DNA of 63,902 bases, filler included, from Octopus bimaculoides (Eukaryota): the NCBI RefSeq assembly GCF_001194135.2. It is 7 parts of 7 records of this genome, joined end to end, with 100 filler letters (N's around TTAATTAATTAA, not from the genome) between each part and the next. Parts side by side here need not be neighbours in the genome. Positions count along the whole stretch, not along the records: positions 1 to 11,417 come from NC_068981.1; 6 more parts are not named here. One strand, 5' to 3'. A program made the translations under genes and the position numbers. Positions within the stretch are counted from its first letter, which is position 1. Each line of letters starts with the position of its first letter. This document shows, one piece after another, positions 1 to 11,517 of the stretch. The notes below the pieces were generated by a model. The model had not been told where the DNA came from. It was given only the letters and a program-made list of their open reading frames with translations, and did no database searches.

Positions 1-248
1 GGACTGGCTCTTGTGCGAGTGGCACATAAAAGACACCATTTCGAGCGTGGCCGTTTTCGTGCGGGTGACACGTAAAAGCACCCACTACACTCTCTGAGTG
101 GTTGGCGTTAGGAAGGGCATACAGCTGTAGAAACTCTGCCAAATTAGATTGGAGCCTGGTGTAGCCATCCGGTTACACCAGTCCTCAGTCAAATCGTCCA
201 ATCCAAGCTAGCATGGAAAGCGGACGTTAAACGATGATGATGATGATA
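1..248 (+). mobile_element. 3' tail of RTE LINE / RTE-tailed SINE
   Basis: Ends in GGAAAGCGGACGTTAAACGATGATGATGAT. The same tail recurs many times in the window and terminates the RTE copies at 21-22 kb and 32.7 kb. Confidence 0.75.
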
Positions 249-713
249 AGCACTTATATTGTGTTCTTGGGGAAGTAGGCTGCTATGAATAGGATGGTCA
301 GGGTTCTGAAAGTTTATCAAACAAACATCTGTTGACTGGTCATGCAAGATGTGGGAGTACCAGTTTCATATTTACCTAGAAATAAATTATTTTGCTTGAC
401 CACCAAACTATTCTTTACCAATAATTCTTATACTTGGATGATGCCTTGATTCTTTTGCGCAGTTAATGTAATTGGCTTTGTTTTTCTAGATCTGGTCTAG
501 CTGTTTATTACATCACTGTTCTGGGGTTCTTCACTTGAGGCAGCATTAATTACATTTTTGCTTGGCTTGCCTTTCAGTGATAAGTTTTCAGTTATCGCTC
601 TTCAAAACAATGTCTTAATTTTACTTAATATTTTTGCCATGTAATGTGTTTTTTCCTGTGTTTTTTGTCATATTCCAGTCTCTTTAAAACTTAAATATTT
701 TCTTTTTTTTCAG

Positions 714-787
714 GATTGTCTCTTTTGAAGTCTCAGTGTGAAACAAATGTCCATTTACAGAATCCCACATTGGATAGCAAACATCAG
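714..787 (+). CDS. Internal coding exon of an unidentified gene (xLSLLKSQCETNVHLQNPTLDSKHQ)
   Basis: Polypyrimidine tract TTTTTTTCAG acceptor and CAG|GTAATA donor. Only one open frame (phase 1 in, phase 0 out), in phase with the exon at 1580. Confidence 0.7.
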
Positions 788-1194
788 GTAATATGTTCTT
801 CCTAATGTGTTCTATTTAAATTTTTATAAATTATTAGCATAATGCACAAAATGATTACAAACCAAAACAGATATTTAGCTAATACACTCAACTTTGAGTA
901 TTATACTATTTTTATTAGCCTTATTCAGCTTAACTTTTTAACCCTTTACTATTCAAATTGACCATATCAGGCCCAAATATTCAACCTGTTTTATGTTCAA
1001 ACTAACCAAATCAGGATTCTTACACCTATCTTACAATATCATTCTAAAAATATACAATTACATCATTGAAATCACAAGGTAATGTGAATGAATAAGTATT
1101 ACTTTCGACAAAGTAATCTGAATGCTAGAGTTAATTTCCCCTTGAAAATCAATGTCTACTGGCTTGTGACACTTTTATGGAATGATTTAGTTTT

Positions 1195-1478
1195 AGTGTC
1201 ATTTATATGACACTGGCAACGGCCATGTCAAGCCAAGTGAAACTGTAATTGTGACCATTGTCAGTGTCATGTAAATGGCACTCGTGAAATTGTAGTTATG
1301 GTCGTTGCTGATGGCATATAAAAAGCACTACTCTCGGAATGCTTGTCGTTAGGAAGGGTATCCAGCTGTAGAAACCATGCCAAATCAGACTGGAGCCTGG
1401 TGCAGCCCTCCGGCTTACCAGTTCCAGTCAAACTGCCAAACCCATAACATGGACAATAGATGTTAAATGATGATGATA
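1195..1478 (+). mobile_element. RTE-tailed SINE / RTE 3' end
   Basis: Same tail as 1-248, ending GATGTTAAATGATGATGAT. Confidence 0.7.
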
Positions 1479-1579
1479 ATTTTCAAAAAAAAAACAAAAA
1501 ACAAAAAAAACAAATGGTGCTAATGCTATAGAAAATTTCATGTCTCAATGAACAACTTTTTTCTTTTTTCTTTTCTCAG

Positions 1580-1695
1580 TGGGTTCTGCCGCAGTCAGTT
1601 TGCAATTTCTATGCTGCTAAAACTCCATCCCCAATTAGTAAAACTCAACAAAAGAAAGCTGTTGAGAAAACTGTTGAGAAAACTGAAAAAACAAG
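1580..1695 (+). CDS. Coding exon of the same unidentified gene (WVLPQSVCNFYAAKTPSPISKTQQKKAVEKTVEKTEKT)
   Basis: TTTTTTCTTTTCTCAG acceptor, AAG|GTGAGG donor, 116 nt open in phase 0 to phase 2. Confidence 0.7.
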
Positions 1696-1737
1696 GTGAG
1701 GAGTAATGATTTGTATAATGTGCGTCTTGGTTTTTAT

Positions 1738-1929
1738 CTTTTACTTGTCTCAGCCATTTGGCTGTGGCCCACGCTGGGGTGCTTTGAAGCGGGGGTTTTT
1801 TTTTTTTAGTTGAACCAGTTGATCCCAGTACTTATTCTATCAGTCCCTTTACTAAACTGTTATGGGGACGTAAACAAACCAACATTAGTTCTCTGGCATT
1901 GGTGTAGTAATACAAAGACAAAAACGTAG

Positions 1930-1930
<1 letters not shown>
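1738..1930 (-). mobile_element. tRNA-type SINE (abundant family)
   Basis: TCTTTTACTTGT(T/C)TCAG..ATTTG.CTGTGGCC...TACTTATTCTATC motif, also at 10390, 16690, 55415 and 60350. Confidence 0.7.
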
Positions 1931-1969
<39 letters not shown>

Positions 1970-1976
<7 letters not shown>

Positions 1977-2152
1977 GGGCTGTAACTGCTGAGGACATAC
2001 GTAAGCTTGCAAGGAATGAAGCCAGTATGCTCCGTTGGATGTGTAATGTCAATGTGAATACCTGTCAGAGTGTAAGTATCTTGAGAGAAAAGCTGAACAT
2101 TAGAAGCATCAGTTGTGGTGTGCAAGAGAGACGATTGCACTGGTATGGACAT
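1970..2152 (+). mobile_element. RTE LINE RT C-terminal fragment
   Basis: Translates as KTWAVTAEDIRKLARNEASMLRWMC...VQERRLHWYGH, the typical RTE C-terminal RL.W.GH motif. Runs into a gap. Confidence 0.8.
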
Positions 2153-2980
2153 NNNNNNNNNNNNNNNNNNNNNNNNNNNNNNNNNNNNNNNNNNNNNNNN
2201 NNNNNNNNNNNNNNNNNNNNNNNNNNNNNNNNNNNNNNNNNNNNNNNNNNNNNNNNNNNNNNNNNNNNNNNNNNNNNNNNNNNNNNNNNNNNNNNNNNNN
2301 NNNNNNNNNNNNNNNNNNNNNNNNNNNNNNNNNNNNNNNNNNNNNNNNNNNNNNNNNNNNNNNNNNNNNNNNNNNNNNNNNNNNNNNNNNNNNNNNNNNN
2401 NNNNNNNNNNNNNNNNNNNNNNNNNNNNNNNNNNNNNNNNNNNNNNNNNNNNNNNNNNNNNNNNNNNNNNNNNNNNNNNNNNNNNNNNNNNNNNNNNNNN
2501 NNNNNNNNNNNNNNNNNNNNNNNNNNNNNNNNNNNNNNNNNNNNNNNNNNNNNNNNNNNNNNNNNNNNNNNNNNNNNNNNNNNNNNNNNNNNNNNNNNNN
2601 NNNNNNNNNNNNNNNNNNNNNNNNNNNNNNNNNNNNNNNNNNNNNNNNNNNNNNNNNNNNNNNNNNNNNNNNNNNNNNNNNNNNNNNNNNNNNNNNNNNN
2701 NNNNNNNNNNNNNNNNNNNNNNNNNNNNNNNNNNNNNNNNNNNNNNNNNNNNNNNNNNNNNNNNNNNNNNNNNNNNNNNNNNNNNNNNNNNNNNNNNNNN
2801 NNNNNNNNNNNNNNNNNNNNNNNNNNNNNNNNNNNNNNNNNNNNNNNNNNNNNNNNNNNNNNNNNNNNNNNNNNNNNNNNNNNNNNNNNNNNNNNNNNNN
2901 NNNNNNNNNNNNNNNNNNNNNNNNNNNNNNNNNNNNNNNNNNNNNNNNNNNNNNNNNNNNNNNNNNNNNNNNNNNNNNNN

Positions 2981-3320
2981 TAAAATAAGTATTTTAGATA
3001 AATTCATTTGGTACTTATTGTTAGTTGATATATATATTTATTTATTATAATTATTGTTCTATTTACGACCTGACGATTAGCTGTATTTTTGAAAAGAATT
3101 TATTTTCGATAATTTAATTGATTTTAATCGATTTAAATTTCCTTTCTATTTGAAAATTAGTTATGAAACACATGTAGTCATTTTACTATCTTTATCTTAT
3201 ATTTACTTTGTTTTATATTATACTCATTTATTGTGCTCTTCATTATTAATTTTTCTATATGTGATAGTGGATTTTCATCGATGAGTTCTTGAAACTTGGT
3301 TCTTTTCCCTAAAACTATAT
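2981..3320 (+). repeat. Dispersed repeat, probably a Penelope terminal repeat (pLTR)
   Basis: 3170-3320 closely matches 54330-54480 and the reverse complement of 53459-53600. Confidence 0.55.
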
Positions 3321-3638
3321 ATATATATATATATATATACAGGCTTCTTTCAGTTTCTGCCTACCAAATCTATTTGCAAGACATTACTTGGCTTGGGGGC
3401 TTTAGTAGAAAAAAAACTTATCCAAGGTGCCACCCTTTTGGACTCGACCCAGAACCATGTAATTGAGAATCAGACTTCTTACCACACAGCCATGCCTGCA
3501 TCTTCATGTTCAAAAATTATATTTTTTCCATTCAGTTCATTGAGAATTTTTGGTGTGTGCCATTCAATACATCATCAGTTACCTAAATGTTTTTCCTCTG
3601 TAACATCTATTTCTTTTCCATGCCAGCATGAGTTAGAT

Positions 3639-3947
3639 CAGTGGTTGTCAGCCGGGGTTCATATAAGATTTTGTGGGGGTCCATGCAACAAAATAGTAAA
3701 TTGGGGATCCACAATAGTATTTTAAGGGTCCCCTGAAAAAAACTTGCTTTAGATGTATGTATTGGTACGTATTGCAAGAAACAGCTAGGTTTCTTTCTAT
3801 AACATTTTACATAGTTGAACCTACACAAATTAATATGTGAAAAAGAAAATGGGAATTTTGAAAGAAGTTTCTATAAAATTATGGGGTCCACCAGAATAAA
3901 ATAGTAATAAAAGGGGTCCATTGATAAAAAATGGTTAAGAACCTCTG
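3639..3947. mobile_element. hAT (Charlie/MER5-like) MITE
   Basis: TIRs CAGTGGTTGTCAGCC and GGTTAAGAACCTCTG, with exact 8-bp TSD AGTTAGAT at 3631-3638 and 3948-3955. Confidence 0.85.
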
Positions 3948-4269
3948 AGTTAGATGAATGTATTGTTGAGTCATTGTTATACAGCCCCTTTCAAGTAAGG
4001 GATCTCTTAAACACATTTTTCAATGGCTCTAAGCAGTTGAGCAATTTGTTGACTGGAGAAGTGAAAGCAACACTGCTCATAAGCAAGCAACTTTTGTAGA
4101 CCCCAAACATAAACAAATACACATGTACAAATGTCTGTGTGATCACCAGCTTTCAATTTTTGCTGATCAAAACCATTCACAAGGCTTTGGTCAGCTCCAG
4201 AGCACTGTGGTACTGAACCCAAAATGAGCATGCCTACCCCTGTAATTATTTTAATATTGATTTTACGTT

Positions 4270-4445
4270 ACATTTTGGCACAAGGCCAGCAATTTTGGGG
4301 AAAGAGGTAAGTTGATTACATGGGCTCCAGTGCTTGGCTGATACTTATTTTATCAACCTTGAAAGGATAAAAGAGTTGACCTCTGAAATTTGAGCTGAGA
4401 ATGTAAAGACAGATGAAATGTCACTCAGCATTTTGCCTGGCATGC
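4270..4445 (-). mobile_element. tRNA-type SINE
   Basis: Degenerate reverse complement of the SINE at 45452-45690. Confidence 0.55.
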
Positions 4446-4883
4446 TAAAACATCTTGTATATTAATGATATTTAATATTAATAATAAACATTACTACAAC
4501 AGGTCCAAGCTATTGTGACAATTTGTTAGTGTTAATATTTTCAATGAAATATATGCTTTTTATATATTTTCTTTTGCATTTCATAAAAATAATTTAGACA
4601 TTGTTAGGGTATAAGTTTCAATAAGTTTCATTTCCAAGTTTGATACAATATAAAGATAGGTGCACATTATTTTCAATGTTACTATTATCTTCTAGTCATG
4701 TATAAAAAAAATTATTTTTAGTTTTATTTACTATAATCGTATCTAGTTTACATCAGCTACTTTTTCAATTGTAGTTTATTGTATAAAATATATGACCAGA
4801 ATTTCAATTTTTTTTTTTTATATCTTTGTAATAAAAAATGTTTGTAATCACTTTCTATTTTAAATTTATTGTTTTCTCCCTAG

Positions 4884-4910
4884 GTAAAATGTGTGCCTTC
4901 TAAATCATGA
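4884..4910 (+). CDS. Candidate terminal exon of the 714/1580 gene
   Basis: Strong acceptor TTTATTGTTTTCTCCCTAG. All three frames stop within 27 nt; AATAAA lies near 5062. Confidence 0.3.
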   Translation, partial: VKCVPSKS

Positions 4911-5329
4911 TAAATCCTAATTGTTGATCTCGAAAAGCTCAATTACAAGTCATGACCAGCTATTAAAACATTTAATTTTGACTACGTAATTTTGAAAGAT
5001 TTTGTAAATTTTTGAAAGCAAGTATATTCATTTTACATCTGCCAATATTTAAATTGTGAAAAATAAAAAAGAAATCTGAGAAAAGTTATATTTTCAAATT
5101 AATATTTAGTTGTTTTCCTCATTCTGTTATTCTAAACTTACTTGAATATATTTCTTTTATTTTAGTTTTTTGAAAATTAACTTAGTGGTTGTAACTAGTG
5201 ATTCTAAGTTTGTAATATGCCCTCCTTACCATTTTCTATTGAAATCTATTCTGTTTATAGTATTGATGGATTGTTGTTCTGCTTCAAATTTGGATATTTT
5301 ATTTAAGGCAACAAAGTTTTACAGATTAG

Positions 5330-5740
5330 TGTGATTTCTTTTGCCAACTTTCCACTTGTGAAGTATAACAATGTCTATTACCAAAGTACTCTGAGGTAAA
5401 GTGGAGAACATATGCTTTGCCTAGGTGTATAAGCAAGATTTGAATTCATTAGTTTATTAGTATTTCAGTCCTTTAAACCTCCCATATCAAATGTCTGTAT
5501 ATACCTTGTTTAGAAACCACAGAATAACTAACATGCTGTCAGTTATGACAACAAGGGTTCTAGTTGATCTGATCAATGGAATACAGCCTGCTTGTGAAAT
5601 TAACATGCAACTTGTTGAGCACCCCTATGACACATGTACCCTTCATGTTCTCAGGGAGATTCAGCATAATGCGGAATGCGACAAGGCTGTATTGTGATTG
5701 TAAGCCGAATTCCCTAACCCCTAAGCCATGAACCTTCACA
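5330..5740 (-). mobile_element. SINE-like dispersed repeat
   Basis: GC-richer body (CAGCCTGCTTGTGAAATTAACATGC...CTCAGGGAGATTCAGC) with tRNA-like head remnants. Family not determined. Confidence 0.4.
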
Positions 5741-6269
5741 TAAAACCACAGAATATATACCAACAGAACTACATATATATTATTATTCTCAACTCATGAA
5801 TTGAAATGTTGGCTTCCCTGTTCCCCACAGGTTTTTTTTAGCTAAATATGGCAGGAAAAGCAAAGTTTGTTTATGACTGCATCAAGTGCAAATATTATTT
5901 ATGTCCGTTTTCCGTGCTGACCAGCTGAAGGGCTGTTCAGGCTTCGGTTTTGGTATGGGTTCTATGGGCTGGATGCCTTTCCTAATGCCAAATCACTTTA
6001 CAGAGTGTACTGGGTGCTTTTTATGTGGCACCAGAACCTACAAACCTGTGAAATTAGGGATGCTCAACTGGTGATGGTTGCAAGGGACGAGCCTGTGTGC
6101 AAGGACAACCATGCTTTTACTTAGCTTGAAGTGTCTTTTCAAGCTCAGCAATAAAGATATTTCTGAAAAACTTGGGTTTCAAATCTATGATTTTGGAGGT
6201 TGTGTAGATGAGTACTTAGCTATAGTGTATAAATACATATGGGTTCTGTTTGTGTGATACGTAAGCCTA

Positions 6270-8430
6270 TCATTATCATTTAACGTCCATTGTCCATGCT
6301 GGCGTGGGTTGGACAGTTTGGGGCTGGTAAGCTGCACCAGACTCCTGTTTGATTTAGCATGGTTTTCTGCAGCTAGATGTCCTCCCTAATGCCAACCACT
6401 CCCAGAGTGTAATGGGTGCTTTTACGTGCCATTCCTGTGACACCAGTATCTGCCATGACTGATTTTCCTCAGCTTGATGGGTCTTCTCAAGCATGACATA
6501 ATGCCAAAGGTCTTGGTCATTTACCTTGAAAGGTGCTGTTTTATGTGCCAGTTACGTGACCCTAACATTGGCCATCTAACTTTTCTCTCAAGATGCTTAC
6601 TCTCTGTCGAACATGCATGCTGACATTGCACATCCAGTGAAGCATACTGGCTTCATTTCTTTGAAGCCTACACGTCCTCAGCTGTCACAGCCATGCTGCA
6701 TAGCTGTTCACACACAAGTATCAAACAGTCTATCTTTCATTCTGAGAGAGAGACCCTTTGTTACCAGCAGAGGTAAGGGCTCTCTGAACTTTGCCCAGCC
6801 TAATCTTATTCTTACAGCTACGTGCTTGGAGCATTCACCTCCACTACTAACTTGGTCACGTAGATAACAGAAGCTATCTACTACCTCTAGCTTGCTCCCC
6901 TGGTAGTTAATGGAGTCTATTTTCTGCACATTTTCAGCATTTATTGTACCTGTGCATCTTCCACATACAAGTTTCCCTGTTAACCTTCCTCTGATATTGC
7001 TGCACCTCTTATGTGCCCAAAGCTTACATCAGGTGCATCTTATGGAGTTTCTACCTACACCTTTCTACAGATCGAGCAAGGCCATCTACCCGAAAGGATT
7101 TGTGATTTGTCTGCCTTCCTACTTCCTGAGACTTTGGCTTTTGCTAGGTTAACTCTAAGGGCCTTCGATTCTTTACCTTGCTTCCATACCTGAAACTTCT
7201 CTAGTTCGAGTAGTGATTCAGCAATAAGAGCAAGGTCATCAGCATAGAGGAGCTCCTAGGGGCAACCTGTCTTAAATTCCTCTGTTATTGCCTGGAGGAC
7301 TATGATGAACAAGACGGTGTGGAGGACCGATCCTTAACAAACCTCTACTTGTACCCTGAATTCTTTGCTGCACTCATTGCCAACCCTCACCTTACTGGTA
7401 GCATTCCTATACATGGCTTGTACAGCTCTCACAAACCACTCCTCTATCCCTAGTTTCTGCATTGACCACCAGGTAAGGGATCGGAAGACGCTGTCAAAGG
7501 CTTTCTCCAAGTCAACAAAAGCCAAGTACAGAGGTTTGTCTTTGGCTATGTATTGCTCCTGCAGCTGCCTTACCAGAAATATAACACCAGTGGTGCTTCT
7601 CCCTGACACAAAACAAAACTGCAACTCATCTAGACTAAATCTCTCTCTAATTAGTTAGGCTATGACCCTCTCTGTAACTTTCATTACCTGATCCAACAAT
7701 TTGATACTTCTGTAATTATTTCTATCTAAGTTGTCACCTTTACCTTTGTAGCAGTTGACTATGGTGCTGCTATAACAGTCATTGGATATGACTCTTTTGT
7801 GAACCATCTGATTTACAATAGGGGCAATTAGACCATAACCCACACCACCAGATATTTTAAGCATCTCAGTAGTGATTCCTGATGGGCTGGGGGCTTTCCC
7901 TGTCTTCATATCCTCAATTGCTTTATCTACCAAGGAACTTGTCAATTTGGGTAGCTGGTCCTGCAATTGGGTCAACATTTGGCAGACTATTTTCCTCCCA
8001 TTCAGCAGTCTTTCATAATGGCATTTCCAAGCCTCTTTCTTTGCAGAATTGTTAAATGCAAGTGCACCATCATCCATGCAGACACATTTCTCTCACACAG
8101 TCTTGCTATCTGAAACATTTCAGTTTTTTGGTCCTCACACTACTGAACATTGGCAAACTTCTAATCTGATTCTCCCTTGGCTATATATACCTGTCTCCTA
8201 GCTTCCCTTTTGACTATCTGATACTGTTCCTTGCCACCTCCACTTTTCCAGGCCTGCTTCTTTGTTCTAATGGCCCTGTCTACTGCATTGTTCTACCATC
8301 ATGTTACCTTAGGTCTGGATGGGACTTTGCACCAGCCACAGGTTTTGTCTGTGACACTCAGAAGGCTGTCATGCAGGAATTCTCAGTTGTCCTCTATGTC
8401 ACAAGTTTGTAGCTTCTCCCTCTCATCAAA
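6270..8430 (-). mobile_element. RTE LINE, 5'-truncated and frameshifted (RT domain plus 3' tail)
   Basis: QFCFVSGRSTTGVIFLVRQLQE...AFVDLEKAFDSV, MKTGKAPSPSGI, NYRSIKLL, VVDSFCYL motifs; RTE tail at 6270-6530. Confidence 0.92.
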
Positions 8431-9009
8431 TTTAAAATGTACATTTATTGTTTACAGCAAGTCAACTAATCAGAATGTAAACAAATGACATAATTTGAAA
8501 TTTACTCCAGATAACCAAGCCCCTATCACCATATAGTGGTGCTTGCAACAATACTGTTCAATTTTCCTAAATTTGTTCCTCCCCTCTCTGCCATTTAGCA
8601 TTAAGTGTTGGTGCTGTTTGGTATGATGAAAGTTACTTTTTACCATATCTTTTTTTAATTTTAGTATCTAATTCTAGCAGTTAATTTTGTTAATTGGGTG
8701 TTCCTTTACAACACAAATGTGACCACATTGAAGTTCCTACTCTTCTTTTAGTTATATCTAATGGATATCAAGTATAACAAGACATGTCTTGTGACCTCCA
8801 CCATTTCTCCAATTTGTCAGTATTTGTTCTGTCTTCCTGAACAACCTTCTAAGCAGTGTTCCAGTCAGTCTACATCTGTGAAATACTTCCTCATCCACTG
8901 AAACCATATGGTTGACCAACATGAGCTGTCACTCCAGCCAGATTCTTAGAGAAGAGACATGATATGCAGGATCCAACACAGAAACTCAAACAGTCTGAGC
9001 TTTTCTCAC

Positions 9010-9440
9010 AAATCATCATTATTTAACGTCCGCTTTCCACGTTGGCATGGGTTAGACAGTTGCATCGGATTCCAGTCTGATTTGGCATGGTTCCTATGGC
9101 TGGATGCCCTTCCTAATACCAATCACTCCAAGACTGTAATAGGTGCTTTTTACATGCCACTGGCACAGTTGCCATTTACTTGACACTGGCAACAGCCACA
9201 ACTATGATTTCATGGGTGCCATTTATATGATACTGGCAATGGTCATCACTAGGGTTTCACCTGTCATTGCCTCCATGAGGCCCAACATTCGAAGAAAATG
9301 TTAGTGACAATGGCTGTGATTACAATTTCACGGGTGCCATATTTACATGACACCATCAACAGCCACAACTATGATTTCACTTGACTCGATGTGTCTCCTC
9401 AAGCATGGCATATTGCTGAAGGTCTCGGTCATACACTAAT
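9010..9440 (-). mobile_element. RTE 3' tail / SINE
   Basis: TCATCATTATTTAACGTCCGCTTTCCA...GCTGGATGCCCTTCCTAA motif. Confidence 0.7.
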
Positions 9441-9614
9441 AACAAAAAGAAAAATCCAGAAGATGGCATTTTATTAAAGAATATAACTTTATAGAAATTT
9501 TAGTATATATATTGCTGAAACAATACATAATTTTGCAGAAAGTGGAACAATTATATAAAATATAATGGGATGTTTTTGTGTGTAGAGATATTGAAAAAGA
9601 AGGCAGAGTGTGAA

Positions 9615-10118
9615 GGGTAACATTTGCAAGGAAGGGAAATGGAGAGGATGACAACTGCACATAAGCTGAGTTGAGAATAGAAATGGATAGATCCTGCTTC
9701 TAATGCCAACAAAGAGGGAATGGAAGAGACTGATGTTGCTGTTGAGAGAGCAGTTACATGAATGGCTAGATGATGAGTGAAAGGTGGGATGTAACTAAAT
9801 AGAAATAGATGGATTGATTCAGACATCCAAAGTGAAGGAGCATACACGTGACCAACAAGCAAAAAAGGGTAACATTTGCAAGGAAGGGAAATGGAGAGGA
9901 TGACAACTGCACATAAGCTGAGTTGAGAATAGAAATGGATAGATCCTGCTTCTAATGCCAACAAAGAAGGAATGGAAGAGACTGATGTTGCTGTTGAGAG
10001 AACAGTTACATGAATGGCTAGATGAAGAGTGAAAGGTGGGATGTTACTAAATAGAAATAGATGGATTGATTCAGACATCCAAAGTGAAGGAGCATACACG
10101 TGACCAACAAGCAAAAAA
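9615..10118. repeat. Direct tandem duplication, 2 x 252 bp
   Basis: Units start GGGTAACATTTG at 9615 and 9867 and differ by only a few substitutions; no gap between them. Confidence 0.95.
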
Positions 10119-10639
10119 GTTGTAATTTTATAATTTCAGTAAAATATTCGGAAAGAAAAATAGAAATAGATATTTTGGTCAATTTAAATTCTTCCAGGAA
10201 TATTTTGGTTCTACTTTTCTAACATCTTAATGTGGAGTCTTCTTTGCATGGCACACATCACTGATTCAGTTAAACAACCACTTGTTTGACTTGTTTCTGG
10301 AGATAAAATGTTAAAAAGACATTGTGAATAATGCATCAAACAATATATCAATTGAGATTACAAAACTAAGAGAACAATGTAGGCTTGATCTTTTATCTTT
10401 ACTTGTTTCAGTTATTGGGTTATTAAAAAATAAATAAAACACCACCTCAGTGCTTGTTTTAAAGCCTGATACTTATTTGATTGAACCTTTTGCTGAACTG
10501 CTCAGTTATGGGCCCGTAAACAAACCAACACCAGTTGCCAAGTGGTGGTAAGGAACAAAGCGAGATGTTGGATCTGGTCATTTTTAACATGAAGTAGATA
10601 GAATATTTGGGCTGGATATGGCTGAATTATATTCTAAAG

Positions 10640-11060
10640 GGTTAATGTGTTCATGTCCAGGGAAGCAAGATGTTCAGAGTATGGTTGAGGCCTGATGGTG
10701 GATATTCATCTGGTTGCACATTTTCAGGAGATTGATATGCTGGGCAAGACGGGGGTTTTAGACTGATAATACAAACTCTATGTGTGGACATACCATAGCC
10801 ATATACAGCTTTAAATAAATAGCTGGAGAATGACTGCCAAAGGTCTTATGACACCATTTTCCTAGCTGGGCAGTTAAGACTAAGAAGTAGAGCAAAATAA
10901 TTCATAAAAGGAATCAGTACAATGTTTGCAACAGAAAATAAATTCACAAATTTTTTTGCTAAGCCTTCCTGAGATACACTACAATCTGACCCAGTGCAAT
11001 GTCTACGATGTGACAGTTGCAAGAACCCATGACGAAGCTCTCCAAGACATGAACAATAGC
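10640..11060 (-). mobile_element. CR1/L2-type LINE RT C-terminal remnant
   Basis: Minus frame YLKLYMAMVCPHIEFVLSV*NPRLAQHINLL followed by ENVQ resembles the CR1 motif LY..LVRPHLEY..SVW.P....I..LE.VQ. Confidence 0.6.
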
Positions 11061-11417
11061 TAAGTCATTTCTATTTTTATATATTATCCCTTCTGATGCG
11101 CTCCCCTTCCACCAACCCCACCCCGTTTCTCTAACTATACATTTCTGTCTTAAATTCATGATTATTTATGTGTCTCTATTCTCTATATCACTCGATTTAT
11201 CGTTTTCGCTCCTTAGCCCAAACCTGACTGAAATTTGTCTCTCCCCACCTTTAAAAATTACGATTTTAACTCTCATTTCTGTTACCGATTTAAACATTTA
11301 ATCTCACGGTTAAACACTGCTGTGTTTCTTTCAACTTTTTTCTAAAAACCCAACGAATTTGAGACCAGCATGATGTCCTGCTGCCTCTCTCTCTCTAAAT
11401 CACTACTCTCTTCTCCC

Positions 11418-11517
11418 NNNNNNNNNNNNNNNNNNNNNNNNNNNNNNNNNNNNNNNNNNNNTTAATTAATTAANNNNNNNNNNNNNNNNNNNNNNNNNNN
11501 NNNNNNNNNNNNNNNNN
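11418..11517. other. Scaffold gap padded with TTAATTAATTAA (also at about 23638, 26299, 56699, 59497 and 61792)
   Basis: Identical N-TTAATTAATTAA-N layout at six sites; the 12-mer gives stops in all six frames. Confidence 0.95.

Noticed and set aside
714-1695. Idea that these exons are the N-terminal ectodomain of the beta-subunit gene (C-x23-C-x-F spacing)
   Set aside because: The second-disulfide cysteines, FGY..G.PC and KLN motifs are missing, and the following sequence is K/E/T-rich low complexity.
8458-8488. Alternative terminal exon (xKSTNQNVNK*) after TTTACAG, phase-compatible with the 1580 exon
   Set aside because: Too short to distinguish from chance, abuts an RTE end, and has a weaker pyrimidine tract than the 4883 site.
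11462-11473. Recurring palindrome TTAATTAATTAA (six sites), superficially like a conserved motif or spaced repeat
   Set aside because: Always centred in fixed-length N runs; it is assembly gap padding.
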